Below, piece after piece: positions 18,470-28,045 of a DNA stretch of 64,000 bases (position 1 is its first letter; each line of letters opens with the position of its first letter). The position numbers were made by a program, and so were the translations under genes. The DNA is from Planctomycetota bacterium (GTDB taxonomy: Bacteria > Planctomycetota > MHYJ01 > JACQXL01 > JACRIJ01): assembly GCA_016220095.1 (NCBI GenBank), contig JACRIJ010000102.1:233-64232 (forward strand). Reading direction: 5' to 3'. The notes beneath the pieces are model-generated. The model was not told the origin of the DNA, searched no databases, and worked only from the letters and a program-made list of their open reading frames with translations.

Positions 18470-19462
18470 ATGACTGACATAGGCAATTACACAATATTAG
18501 AAGAACTAAGCAAGAACAACCTTGGCATAACCTACAAGGCGTATGACAAGGATGTTCAAAAAGACATCACTCTCAAAACCTTCAACATGGAAGGCCTCGG
18601 CTCAAACCTGAAAAGATTTGAAAATGAGGTACAGACGCTGTATAGATTATGCCATCCCGGCATCATCTCCCTGCTCGGCCACGGCAAAATAGACAACCTG
18701 TATTGTATATGCATGGAATACCTGCCGGGTTTGAACCTCAGGGAAATATTCACGTATTACTCATCAGCAACGAAAACATGCCCGTCAAGGCGGCATGATA
18801 CATCAAAAATAATCGCCACGCCGTTCGGGTTCCTGCGGTCTGAATTGTACATCGCTAAAACAATCTGCATTATAAAAAACCTCTGCCTTGCCGTGGATTA
18901 CGCCAACAGGCAGGGTATCATACACAAAGACCTCAAACCTGAGAATTTCATCGTTGAACTGCCGGAAAAACTCATATCCGAAAAAGACCCTGAATTCAGC
19001 GCCAGATATGAAAAACCGTTTCCGAACAGGTTCCTGAATTACATTGTCTCGCAACCCGAAATAACAGCCAAAATCACTGATTTCGCCCTGACTTCACAGC
19101 TTGGCACGGGTAAATTTTTTGACGATACCGTGCCTATCTTCGGCACGCCAGAATACATGTCTCCTGAACAGGCTCTCGGCGAAAGCAAACTTGATACCCG
19201 CACGGACATCTTCGCCCTCGGCGTCGTGCTGTACGAACTCCTGACCGGCCATTCGCCATTCGCCTCAAGCAACATTGAAGAAACACTGGATAAGGTCATA
19301 AACTGCGACCCCGTGGCCCCAAGCAAACGAAACTATAAGCTCGCTCCTCAATTGGACGCCGTTATAATGAAAGCGCTTGAAAAAGAAAAAGAAGCCCGCT
19401 ACCAGACGGCAAAGGAATTTGCCGACGGATTGGGCGAAGTCTATGGGGCTATGAGTCTGTGA
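18470..19462 (+). CDS. Ser/Thr protein kinase (Hanks-type)
   Basis: The catalytic loop HKDLKPENF, DFA (DFG-like) and GTPEYMSPE are present. I prefer the ATG at 18470 (MTDIGNYTILEEL) over the listed 18407, because 18407-18469 is a taactcc/taacccc motif tract of the kind seen in other intergenic regions. Confidence 0.85.
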   Translation: MTDIGNYTILEELSKNNLGITYKAYDKDVQKDITLKTFNMEGLGSNLKRFENEVQTLYRLCHPGIISLLGHGKIDNLYCICMEYLPGLNLREIFTYYSSATKTCPSRRHDTSKIIATPFGFLRSELYIAKTICIIKNLCLAVDYANRQGIIHKDLKPENFIVELPEKLISEKDPEFSARYEKPFPNRFLNYIVSQPEITAKITDFALTSQLGTGKFFDDTVPIFGTPEYMSPEQALGESKLDTRTDIFALGVVLYELLTGHSPFASSNIEETLDKVINCDPVAPSKRNYKLAPQLDAVIMKALEKEKEARYQTAKEFADGLGEVYGAMSL

Positions 19463-19712
19463 ATCTGTGTGGGTCTACGTCCGTCCTTCCTGCTTCATTT
19501 TTCCTTTTTCGTATGGGGCTGGAGTCTTTTCCGTAGTCAGTTTTCCGTGGCCCGTGGCCCGTTTAAACGGAAACCGGGTCACGGGAAACGGACAACGTCC
19601 TTTATGCTCATTACTCCGTAACCCCTTATTAACAGGACGAATACATAGATTCGCCCCTACATCGTAACTCCTAAACCCCTTAACTCCGTAACCCTTAATC
19701 ACTCAATAACTA

Positions 19713-19740
19713 TTGACATTCCTGTTGCCGCTTGTATAAT
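19713..19740 (+). promoter_or_regulatory. sigma70-type promoter (TTGACA - 16 nt - TATAAT) upstream of the DegT-family gene
   Basis: ttgaca at 19713-19718 and tataat at 19735-19740. The ATG at 19796 follows. Confidence 0.5.
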
Positions 19741-19795
19741 AAAAATGAAATCGGTTTAATCCGTATTCGTAATCTTTTAATTTTGGAATCTGCTT

Positions 19796-20962
19796 ATGAG
19801 AACTCCTATTCTTGACTTAAAGACCCAGTTGAACGGCATACGCGGGCAGATTGATTCCGCGATAAATGAAGTTTTGTCGTCAACGTCGTTCATCATGGGG
19901 CCTTCGGTTGAAATTTTTGAAAAAGCAATGGCCCGGTACCTCGGAGTCAAGCACGCCATCTCCTGCGCGTCCGGTTCGGACGCCCTTCTGCTATGCAATA
20001 TGGCTCTTAAAGCGGGGGCCGGCAGTGAAATCATCACGACGCCTTACACGTTTTTCGCCACGGCCGGTTCCATAGCGCGGCTGGGAGCAGTGCCGGTGTT
20101 TGTGGACATTGACATGAAAACCTATAACATCTCCGTAAAGGAATTAGAAGCCTTTCTCGCAAAGAACGTCAAACGCGACAGGCAGAAAAATGTCGCGGTA
20201 AACAAAAAAACAGGGCGCACCATCAAGGCGATACAGCCCGTGCATCTTTACGGGCAGGCATCGGACATGGATGCCATAATGCAGTTGGCTTCGGATTACG
20301 ACATATCCGTCATAGAAGACGCGGCCCAATCCATCGGCTCGCTTTACAACGGCAAATACACCGGCGCCATGGGGCTGGCGGGATGTTTTTCCTTTTATCC
20401 CACGAAAAATCTCGGCGCGTACGGCGACGGCGGCGCTGTGGCCACGGATAACGACGATTTCGCAATCCTGATAAAAACGTTAAGGGCCCACGGCGGAAAA
20501 ACAAAGTACTACCACCAGCTTGTGGGCATAAACAGCCGGCTGGATTCCCTGCAGGCGGCCGTATTGAACGTTAAACTCCCACGGCTGGATGAATGGATAC
20601 AGAAAAGAATTGCCGCGGCCGACATCTATGACGAACTCTTCAAGAAACTCGCCATTCGTAAAGTCACAATCCCATTCCGCGCGCGGAACCGCAATCATAC
20701 ATTCCACCAATACGTAATCAGAACCCCGAAAAGGAACGAACTAAGAGAATTCCTGAAACAGAACGAGATCGGCTCCGAGATATACTACCCGCTATGCCTT
20801 CATCAGCAGGAGTGTTTTGCCTATCTGGGCTATAAGAACGGCGATTTTCCGAACGCCGAAAAGGCCGCAAACGAAACGCTCGCGCTTCCCATATATCCGG
20901 AAATAGCCCCTGAACAGCAGGAATACATTGCCGGGAAGATCGGCGAATTTTTCAAGGAGTAA
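19796..20962 (+). CDS. DegT/DnrJ/EryC1/StrS-family sugar aminotransferase
   Basis: 388-aa ORF. FIMGPSVEIFEKAMARYLGVKHAISCASGSDALLL, VIEDAAQSIGS and FSFYPTKNLGAYGDGG are typical of the PLP-dependent sugar aminotransferase family. Confidence 0.9.
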   Translation: MRTPILDLKTQLNGIRGQIDSAINEVLSSTSFIMGPSVEIFEKAMARYLGVKHAISCASGSDALLLCNMALKAGAGSEIITTPYTFFATAGSIARLGAVPVFVDIDMKTYNISVKELEAFLAKNVKRDRQKNVAVNKKTGRTIKAIQPVHLYGQASDMDAIMQLASDYDISVIEDAAQSIGSLYNGKYTGAMGLAGCFSFYPTKNLGAYGDGGAVATDNDDFAILIKTLRAHGGKTKYYHQLVGINSRLDSLQAAVLNVKLPRLDEWIQKRIAAADIYDELFKKLAIRKVTIPFRARNRNHTFHQYVIRTPKRNELREFLKQNEIGSEIYYPLCLHQQECFAYLGYKNGDFPNAEKAANETLALPIYPEIAPEQQEYIAGKIGEFFKE

Positions 20963-20964
20963 CC

Positions 20965-21477
20965 ATGAAAATATCTTTTGAAATCTTCAGCATACCCGAA
21001 GAAAATCTTGACGAACTGAAAAGAGAAATCAGCGCCGGATGCGGAAAATACCTATACAACATCAAGGCCGGCCAGATTACGGCTTCGCTCAGGATACAGG
21101 AAGGCACGTGCCCGTTGACCGGAAAACGCTACCTGAGCGTTATTGTTGACGGATTGCCGTCGCTGGAATTGGCGAGGCTGAACGAATTTTTTGAATATGT
21201 CTATTCGTTCCACCCGCTGAAAAACGAACCGCTGGTGCATGACAACAAGAATCTCGAAATACAGGACGCCTTCGCGAACAGCCACGGAAACGGCCAATCG
21301 GAAGATGAGCTTGAATGCTGGGTTTGCGGAAGGATGAACGGAGAAGAAAGGTTTGATTACGATTCAAACGAATACATAACCGTTGAAGTAAGTTTCTACG
21401 ACGGCGGACCGGAAGTGCCGCTGTGTTCAACCTGCATGAACCTGTTTACGAACCACGATATCTGGAAAGAACCCTAA
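20965..21477 (+). CDS. hypothetical protein with C-terminal CxxC...CxxC zinc-ribbon
   Basis: 170-aa ORF starting 2 nt after the DegT stop, which suggests translational coupling. CWVCG and CSTC pairs lie near the C-terminus. I recognise no family. Confidence 0.55.
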   Translation: MKISFEIFSIPEENLDELKREISAGCGKYLYNIKAGQITASLRIQEGTCPLTGKRYLSVIVDGLPSLELARLNEFFEYVYSFHPLKNEPLVHDNKNLEIQDAFANSHGNGQSEDELECWVCGRMNGEERFDYDSNEYITVEVSFYDGGPEVPLCSTCMNLFTNHDIWKEP

Positions 21478-21626
21478 ATCAAATATAAAGAATGTAAAAT
21501 GAAAAATGAAGGACGGGACGTAAAAATGTGAGGGATAACAGAATACCGGGTGCCGTTGCGCTGACATCCTGTCATTCTTTCCCCCTGTCACCTTCGTAAC
21601 AGGCCGCTGGCCACTCGTACAAACAG

Positions 21627-22313
21627 ATGAACATTTACCGAACGTTAATATTCCTTTTAATTCTTTCAGGCCTGAATGCCGGATGCCTTAGCAGGATATA
21701 CCGGCACCAACTGCCGCGCGGCGAATTCTATGACATGCCGAAAAGCGACATCTCCGTATCAACAGAACCCGCAAACGCAAAGATATTCATAGACGGCCGT
21801 GAAATTGACGGCAAAACCCCGCTGAAAATAGCATTGAGCAAGGCAAAAGAATATTATGACATAGACGTTGAAAAAGACGGATACATGAGGGAATCGGTCA
21901 GGATATACAGGTTGCGCATGGGATTTGCAAATTCCATAGCTCATTACGGTTGCGACCCGGACGTAGGTTGCCTTTACCTGCCGTTCCTGCCGTGCCAATT
22001 TTTTGATTCCGAAAAGCAATATGTTTTAGAACCTTACGAAGTGCATTTCGTTCTCAGGCCGAAGGGCCAGGGGCTGGAGATTTTTTTTGACAAAGGCGAT
22101 TTGCTTAAAGAAGCCGAGATATGGATTGACGGGGAAATGAAAGGGTTTACGGACCAGGCAGGCGTCTTTTTCGGGCTTGCCGAAGGTAAATATAAATTAG
22201 CCTTAAAACTGTATGACGGGACGAAATGGGCCGGGGAATTTAACGTGCAAAGGGATGCGCATACAAAATTGCGTTTCATGGTAAAAAATCACGTAATTAC
22301 ACTGGATGAATAA
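21627..22313 (+). CDS. PEGA-domain lipoprotein
   Basis: Signal peptide with the lipobox LNAGC. The PEGA-like segment is ISVSTEPANAKIFIDGREIDGKTPLKIAL...VEKDGY, with a second similar segment near the C-terminus (IWIDGEMKGFT..GKYKLAL). Confidence 0.7.
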   Translation: MNIYRTLIFLLILSGLNAGCLSRIYRHQLPRGEFYDMPKSDISVSTEPANAKIFIDGREIDGKTPLKIALSKAKEYYDIDVEKDGYMRESVRIYRLRMGFANSIAHYGCDPDVGCLYLPFLPCQFFDSEKQYVLEPYEVHFVLRPKGQGLEIFFDKGDLLKEAEIWIDGEMKGFTDQAGVFFGLAEGKYKLALKLYDGTKWAGEFNVQRDAHTKLRFMVKNHVITLDE

Positions 22314-22585
22314 AACAGCATAACTGCAACCAAATCCGAGATCCGTAACGAAATATGAAGCATGTAAAATGAAGGACGGACGTAGTAGCGAGTAACCAGT
22401 AGCGGGTAACGAGGGACGACGGGCAAAGGATGACGAAGAACGGAATGGCGCCCCGAAGGAGTAAAATATCTCAGCCCTGGGTTAATGAAAGGTAAATTCA
22501 TTAAGAGCCCTGTCCTTGCGCAGGATCCTGTAAGGAAAAGGGCGGTATATAGCAGAAGATTAGAAGATTGCAGATTCTACCCCTA

Positions 22586-22644
22586 TCTCAGATCCCACAT
22601 CACACATCTCAGATCTCAAATCTCAAATCTCAGATCTCAAATCG
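22586..22644. repeat. quasi-periodic tract (agatctcaaatctca / cacatc family) abutting the stop of a minus-strand gene
   Basis: Read directly: tctcagatcccacatcacacatctcagatctcaaatctcaaatctcagatctcaaatcg. The same family occurs at 41985-42045 and 57848-57893, and in reverse complement at 29855-29934, 35262-35312 and 36921-36972. Confidence 0.9.
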
Positions 22645-22661
22645 TTACCGCCCCCTGTCTG

Positions 22662-23321
22662 CTAACTGCCAATCCAGTAATTTAAAATCCATATCTCCTG
22701 TTGCGCGGGGAGGCTGTCTTTAGTGATAGTGACTTCGTCAACGCCCTTACGAACTGTTTTTCTGTTGGCTATGAATTTATCAACCGGCGCGATAGGAAAA
22801 TCAAGCACCGGCGTCTTGTAATGCATAGGTATGGCTATTTTGGCGCCCAGATCTTCGCAGACCTTCGCGGCCTGCTCGGCGTCAATGGTATAAAAACCGC
22901 CCACGGGCGCGAGCACTACATCAACGCGGCCTATTTGAACAATCATATCCTTGGACAGGACATGCCCCAGGTCGCCGAGATGCGCTACGCAGAGCCCATC
23001 GGCCTTAAAAAGAAATATGATATTAGAGCCGCGGTCTTTCCCCTGGTTTGTGTCGTGGAAACAAGGTATGCCTTTGATATTAAAGGAACCTATTGTAAAT
23101 TCACCGGGTTTGACGATCGCGGCGGGATTACCTTTAACTGATTTGACGCTGTTATGGTCCGGATGCTGGTGGCTTGCGGTAACGGCATTTGCGGCAAAAT
23201 CAATCTCTGCATACCCCAAAGCACCGTCATAGGCCTTGTATTCGTAGGGATCCGTCGCCACAGCGGTGCCGTCAGACGCGGTCAAAAGAAAACACGAATG
23301 CCCGATCCATTTGATTTTCAT
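22662..23321 (-). CDS. metallo-beta-lactamase-fold hydrolase
   Basis: 219-aa ORF. WIGHSCFLL, the HxHxDH-like motif SHQHPDH, and HLGDLGH / PMHYKT are typical of the MBL fold. Confidence 0.8.
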   Translation of the reverse strand: MKIKWIGHSCFLLTASDGTAVATDPYEYKAYDGALGYAEIDFAANAVTASHQHPDHNSVKSVKGNPAAIVKPGEFTIGSFNIKGIPCFHDTNQGKDRGSNIIFLFKADGLCVAHLGDLGHVLSKDMIVQIGRVDVVLAPVGGFYTIDAEQAAKVCEDLGAKIAIPMHYKTPVLDFPIAPVDKFIANRKTVRKGVDEVTITKDSLPAQQEIWILNYWIGS

Positions 23322-23351
23322 ACGTCAACCCCCCAAATACTAAGGATAAAT

Positions 23352-23467
23352 AATGAAAAATGAAGCATGAAGGACGAACGAAGTCATGAGTCTTAAGCCA
23401 GGAGTCTGGTGTCACGACCCCGGACTCCGTCCCGTCCTTCATTCTTCATTTTACATTTTTCATTCTT
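23352..23467. repeat. long imperfect hairpin built from aatgaaaaatgaaggacgg / ccgtccttcatttttcatt arms
   Basis: The left arm is aatgaaaaatgaagcatgaaggacgaacg (23352-23380). The right arm is cgtcccgtccttcattcttcattttacatttttcatt (23428-23464). The loop contains gagtctgg / ccggactc. It lies between folE and the MBL hydrolase gene. Confidence 0.8.
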
Positions 23468-24017
23468 TTATGAGTGCCATCGCCTCGGCGCGGGTCGCGT
23501 TATTCCTTCTGAACAATCCGCGCACTACGGACGTTACGATCTTAGAACCGGGTTTTTTCACGCCCCTCATGGTCATGCACAAGTGTTCGGCCTCAACGAC
23601 GACCATAACGCCCTTGGGTTTAAGAGATTCCATAAGCGCTTCGGCTATCTGGGTGCTCAACCTTTCCTGCACCTGGGGCCTTCGCGATATTATTTCAACG
23701 ACACGGGCAAGCTTGCTTATACCCGTAACCCGGCTGGAATGCGGAATATATGCCACGTGCGCCCTTCCGATAAAAGGCAGTAAATGATGCTCGCAAATGG
23801 AAAAAAACGGAATGTCTTTTACCAGAACTATTTCATCATGGTCCTGCGATTTAAGGACTTTCACGACGCTTTTGGGATCTTTATTTATGCCAAGGTAAAT
23901 TTCTTCGCACATGCGGGCTACCCTTTGAGGTGTCTCTTTCAGGCCTGCCCTGTTCGGGTCTTCTCCGATTCCTTCAAGAAGCAATTTTATCGCCTTTTCA
24001 ATTTTTTGCTGGTCCAT
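23460..24017 (-). CDS. folE: GTP cyclohydrolase I
   Basis: 185-aa ORF. The [11 protein letters not shown] motif and QVQERLT region are characteristic of FolE. Confidence 0.9.
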   Translation of the reverse strand: MDQQKIEKAIKLLLEGIGEDPNRAGLKETPQRVARMCEEIYLGINKDPKSVVKVLKSQDHDEIVLVKDIPFFSICEHHLLPFIGRAHVAYIPHSSRVTGISKLARVVEIISRRPQVQERLSTQIAEALMESLKPKGVMVVVEAEHLCMTMRGVKKPGSKIVTSVVRGLFRRNNATRAEAMALIKE

Positions 24018-24031
24018 GGCAATCTCCTTTA

Positions 24032-24895
24032 TTATTTTATAAAACCATCAAGCACGGCCCTTAATTTTGCCGCGTTTTCAGCCTGCATTTCGCACAGAGG
24101 CAGGCGCACTTCGCCATTGAGCATTCCCATCATCTTCATCGCGGTCTTAACCGGGATGGGATTGGTTTCTATAAACATGGCTTTGCATACGGGAAAAAGT
24201 TTTGAATGCATATCAAGGGCCTTTTTCATTTCTCCGTCAAAGAAGCATTTTACCAGAAGCGCGGCCTGTTTCGGAAATATGTTTGCGGCCACGGATATCA
24301 CGCCGGAACCGCCGAGGGACAATATCGGCAGTGTCAGAGAATCCTCGCCGGACAATACGCAGATATCGCACAGGTTTTTTATCTGCGTTATCGCCTCCAT
24401 ACTGCCGCTGGCTTCTTTTATGGCAACGATATTTTTTATTTTTGACAGCCTTGCGACTGTTTCAGGCGCTATGCTGACGCCGGTCCTGCCCGGCACGTTA
24501 TAGATGACTATAGGCAATTTTGTATTCTTCGCAGCGGCCTCATAATGCAGGAACATTCCCTGTTGGGTAGGCTTATTGTAATAAGGCGTGACAATCAGCG
24601 CGGCATCGGCGCCGAGCTCTTCGGCCATTTTCGTATATTCAATTGTGGTTTTTGTATTATTAGTGCCCGTGCCTGCTATTACGGGAATCCTGTTGTTTAC
24701 AGCCTTGATTATCGTGGAAATCACCTTTTTGCGTTCCGGAACGTCCAGAGTAGCGGCTTCACCTGTAGTGCCGCACGGCACAATGCCGCTGGTCTGGCTG
24801 TCAAGGTGGAACTTGGCAAATTCCTTCAACTTCTCAACATCCACATGGCCGTTATTAAACGGCGTAACAAGCGCGACTATTGAACCGGAAAACAT
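24032..24895 (-). CDS. dapA: 4-hydroxy-tetrahydrodipicolinate synthase
   Basis: 287-aa [33 protein letters not shown] and IVAIKEASG (active-site Lys context) fit DapA. Confidence 0.9.
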   Translation of the reverse strand: MFSGSIVALVTPFNNGHVDVEKLKEFAKFHLDSQTSGIVPCGTTGEAATLDVPERKKVISTIIKAVNNRIPVIAGTGTNNTKTTIEYTKMAEELGADAALIVTPYYNKPTQQGMFLHYEAAAKNTKLPIVIYNVPGRTGVSIAPETVARLSKIKNIVAIKEASGSMEAITQIKNLCDICVLSGEDSLTLPILSLGGSGVISVAANIFPKQAALLVKCFFDGEMKKALDMHSKLFPVCKAMFIETNPIPVKTAMKMMGMLNGEVRLPLCEMQAENAAKLRAVLDGFIK

Positions 24896-25030
24896 ATTTT
24901 ACTCCCAAAAAACAGGTTACGACCGTGGAACCGAGCTCCGAGAGCCGTTTAAACAAACGAGTAGAAAGAATGAAAACTGAGAGACGTCACGGCGAAACAA
25001 ACGCATCCTCATCCGTCAATCCGTCCTTAT

Positions 25031-25096
25031 CTGCAATCTTCCAATCTTTTAATCTTCTAATCCTTTAATCTTTTAATCTTATAATCTTATAATCCA
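25031..25096. repeat. period ~10 aatctt tract abutting the pdxJ stop
   Basis: Read directly: ctgcaatcttccaatcttttaatcttctaatcctttaatcttttaatcttataatcttataatcc. Confidence 0.9.
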
Positions 25097-25828
25097 TCAA
25101 TAGTTCTTCCGATTAATTGCCTCTTTCATCTCCCTTACAGCCCTTTCAAGGCCGGTTAAAACGGCCCTTGAAATTATGCTATGGCCTATATTAAGTTCTT
25201 CTATTTCCATTATTTTTGTAACCGGACCTACATTGCGGTAATTCAGGCCGTGACCTGCGGCCACGCCGAGGCGCACATTACGCGCCATCATCGCGGCTTC
25301 GGCAAGTTTATGCAATTCAACGCGGACATCTTCCGCGTTTTTCGCATTGGCATACCTGCCCGTATGAATTTCCACCATATCGGCCCTGACGAGTTTTGCC
25401 GCCTGTATTTGGTCCCTTTCAGGGTCAACGAAAATACTGACGACAATGCCGTTTTGGTGGAATACAGGCACAATCTTCTGCAATTTTTCCTTGAACTGTA
25501 CCGCATCCAGGCCGCCTTCGGTGGTAAGTTCTTCGCGCTTCTCAGGAACAAGGGTGACCTGATGGGGCTTTGATTTCAATGCTATGTCTATTATCTCATC
25601 CGCCAGGCCCATTTCAAGGTTCAGCCGTGTGGAAACGGTTTCCTTAAGGACGTAGACGTCGCGGTCCTGTATATGCCTGCGGTCTTCCCTCAAGTGGCAG
25701 ACTATGCTGTCCGCGCCGGCAAGTTCTACAATGACTGCCGCGGCTGCAGGATCGGGTTCAAAACCCTTGCGCGCCTGCCTGACTGTGGCTATATGGTCTA
25801 TGTTTACACCCAATTTAATAATCGTCAT
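25097..25828 (-). CDS. pdxJ: pyridoxine 5'-phosphate synthase
   Basis: [25 protein letters not shown] and the HTG / GHGL motifs fit PdxJ. The start is moved to the ATG at 25828 (MTIIKLGVN). The 31 codons upstream in the listed ORF lack PdxJ-like sequence. Confidence 0.9.
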   Translation of the reverse strand: MTIIKLGVNIDHIATVRQARKGFEPDPAAAAVIVELAGADSIVCHLREDRRHIQDRDVYVLKETVSTRLNLEMGLADEIIDIALKSKPHQVTLVPEKREELTTEGGLDAVQFKEKLQKIVPVFHQNGIVVSIFVDPERDQIQAAKLVRADMVEIHTGRYANAKNAEDVRVELHKLAEAAMMARNVRLGVAAGHGLNYRNVGPVTKIMEIEELNIGHSIISRAVLTGLERAVREMKEAINRKNY

Positions 25829-26134
25829 AAGAACAGGAATATTAGCCGAAAACCCGATATTAGTCAAGAAAAAACGGGTAATTACTGCCTCAGTGAAGGT
25901 GGGGCTATATGCTAAAGACAACCGAAACTTTGACTGTTTGTTTTTTTTAATCTTTCACCCCTTCGGGGTATGAAATTTTTATTTCTTGTTTAGCATAAAT
26001 GAGGAATGTCAACCCTGAAAGGATGGCAGATTTGAATCGTCACTGCCTGCCGCAGTCCTGATTAAATGTTATATTGAGTGAAAAATTGAGAATGCAAAAC
26101 TATCAGTTTAATCTGTTGTTAAAAACGAATTTAT

Positions 26135-26163
26135 TTGACTTTTTTGGTAAAACCATATATATT
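26135..26163 (+). promoter_or_regulatory. sigma70-type promoter (TTGACT - 17 nt - TATATT) upstream of the acsD-like gene
   Basis: ttgact at 26135-26140 and tatatt at 26158-26163. RBS AGGAG and the ATG at 26224 follow. Confidence 0.45.
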
Positions 26164-26223
26164 TTTCATCTTACCGTGCCTTATCAAGAAAAACGAAATA
26201 TTTCACAAAAAAGGAGCCAAGCT

Positions 26224-27189
26224 ATGCCAGTACAAAAAGTTTTAGAAAAATGGTCTATACCGGTAAATGAAGTAACCATAGGCGCTACCAAAGAACAAGG
26301 CGGTACGCGTTCAAGGGCAATCAAGATAGGCGGCGAGGACTGCCTGCCTTTCATGTCCGATGAAGGCAAAATACCCAATCCGCCGGTTATCGCCATGGAA
26401 GTCACTGACATGAAACCCGAGAACTGGCCCGCGCCGCTTGAGGCAATCTACAAAGATGTCTGGAACGACCCAGTCAAATGGGCGCAGAGATGCGAAAAGG
26501 AATTCGGCGCGGACATCATATTGCTTAAATTGTCGTCATGCCATCCGGACAATAAAAACACTTCGCCCGCGGATGCCGCGGCTATCGTAAAGGCCATCAA
26601 GCAGAGCGTCTCCCTGCCGCTCATCGTATGGGGCAGTGAGGTTCCTGAAAAAGATAACCTCGTAATGCCGGAAGTCAGCCAGGTATTGAAAGGCGAAAAA
26701 GCAATCCTCGGCATAGCCGAACAGGACAACTATAAAACACTCACCGGCACCTGCATCGCGGACGGCCATAACATACTCACAATGGCGCCGCTTGACGTAA
26801 ACATCGGCAAACAGGTAAATATACTCGTCACCGATATGGGCATGTCAGCTGAAAATATCGTACAGTGGCAGACCACAGGCGCGCTGGGATACGGTTTTGA
26901 ATACTGCTATTCCGCGCAGGAACGCATAAGACTGGCAGGCCTCGGCGGCGATAAGCTCCTCGCCATTCCCCTGCTGGCAACCTGCGGCTGGGAATCGTGG
27001 AAGGCCAAAGAAGCCAAATCCCCTGAAGCGGAATTCCCCCACTGGGGCCCTGCTAAGGAAAGAGGCATTGCGTGGGAATTCTCCACAGCAACAGGCATGC
27101 TCTTGTCCGGCGCGAACATCGTCTCACTCCTGCATCCCGAATCGGTAAAGCTCGTCAGAAGATTCATTAATACCATGCTGGCGAAATAG
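26224..27189 (+). CDS. acsD: CO dehydrogenase/acetyl-CoA synthase delta subunit-like protein (corrinoid Fe-S protein small subunit, AcsD/CdhD family)
   Basis: From MPVQKVLEKW (RBS aaaggag upstream), the sequence GATKEQGGTRSRAIKIGGE..LPF, PVIAMEV.D, WAQRCEKEFGADIILLKL, AEQDNYKTLTG, PLDVNIGKQVNIL, GYGFEY and ERIRLAGL runs closely parallel to Moorella AcsD as I recall it. The listed upstream extension from 26074 is AT-rich and contains the promoter-like motif. Confidence 0.75.
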   Translation: MPVQKVLEKWSIPVNEVTIGATKEQGGTRSRAIKIGGEDCLPFMSDEGKIPNPPVIAMEVTDMKPENWPAPLEAIYKDVWNDPVKWAQRCEKEFGADIILLKLSSCHPDNKNTSPADAAAIVKAIKQSVSLPLIVWGSEVPEKDNLVMPEVSQVLKGEKAILGIAEQDNYKTLTGTCIADGHNILTMAPLDVNIGKQVNILVTDMGMSAENIVQWQTTGALGYGFEYCYSAQERIRLAGLGGDKLLAIPLLATCGWESWKAKEAKSPEAEFPHWGPAKERGIAWEFSTATGMLLSGANIVSLLHPESVKLVRRFINTMLAK

Positions 27190-27365
27190 CTTGCTCGCTA
27201 CGCTCGCAGGATCACTGAGGCTCGTAGTATCGCTGACGTTCGCCGGACGAATCCCGCTACGAAGCGCAATTAGGCTGAATGAATGACAGGGTGTTTGCCT
27301 GAAACATTTCTATCATCCTAACATTCTTGCGTCCCGTGCTTCATTTTTCCTTCTTCATACTTCGT

Positions 27366-27884
27366 ATGTTGTGTAAAAAATGCGCATGTGAGAATTTTCC
27401 CTACGAACAAACCTGCTGGTTCTGCGACAATACCATGCAATCCCCGGCAGAGTCCGCCTCACACCAGGAGGAATGGAACAAACTCACCGCGGAACTCCGC
27501 AATGAAATAGAAGCCCGCATAACACAGCAACAGGTCAAATATCAGGAATACGTTACAAATCTCGGAAAAAAACGCGTACTACACATCTTGACCGGCGCCG
27601 GTATCATTCTATTTACCGATATTATAACGCTGACAGGCAGTTTCGGCATATTTGCATTTTTTATTGATACCTTTCTCGGAAGCGTTGCGGGAAGATTGCT
27701 TAACGCCAATAAAGGCGGCACGTACTACGGCCTGTTTCTTTTCGTCACCGCATACACGGCATCTGCCGTCATAAGAGGCACAATGTCATCCATATTGGAA
27801 TTCGGCATGGGAGCTTTCATTGCCGGCATCGCCGGTTACCTCTTCGGAAATTCGCTGGAAATAAAACGCATTGATTCATGGTAA
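27366..27884 (+). CDS. membrane protein with N-terminal zinc-ribbon (CxxC...CxxC)
   Basis: It starts at MLCKKCACENFPYEQTCWFCDN, followed by a coiled segment and 3-4 predicted TM helices. The listed upstream extension from 27327 (RPVLHFSFFIL) is a translated repeat motif. Confidence 0.55.
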   Translation: MLCKKCACENFPYEQTCWFCDNTMQSPAESASHQEEWNKLTAELRNEIEARITQQQVKYQEYVTNLGKKRVLHILTGAGIILFTDIITLTGSFGIFAFFIDTFLGSVAGRLLNANKGGTYYGLFLFVTAYTASAVIRGTMSSILEFGMGAFIAGIAGYLFGNSLEIKRIDSW

Positions 27885-27890
27885 TTAACG

Positions 27891-27972
27891 AAAAATGAAA
27901 AATGAAGGATGGATGAAGTCTGAGGTCAGGGGTCTGCGTACGTCCTTCCTTCCTTCTTCATTTTTCCTCCTT
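27891..27972. repeat. imperfect hairpin of the aatgaaaaatgaagga family downstream of a plus-strand gene
   Basis: The arms are gaaaaatgaaaaatgaaggatggatgaag and acgtccttccttccttcttcatttttcctcc. The loop is tctgaggtcaggggtctgcgt. Confidence 0.8.
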
Positions 27973-28045
27973 CGTATGAGTCTATATCGTACAAAGTAAT
28001 TCAACAATTGTTAGCATTTCCATGCTTTTTTTGTAATATACCGTC

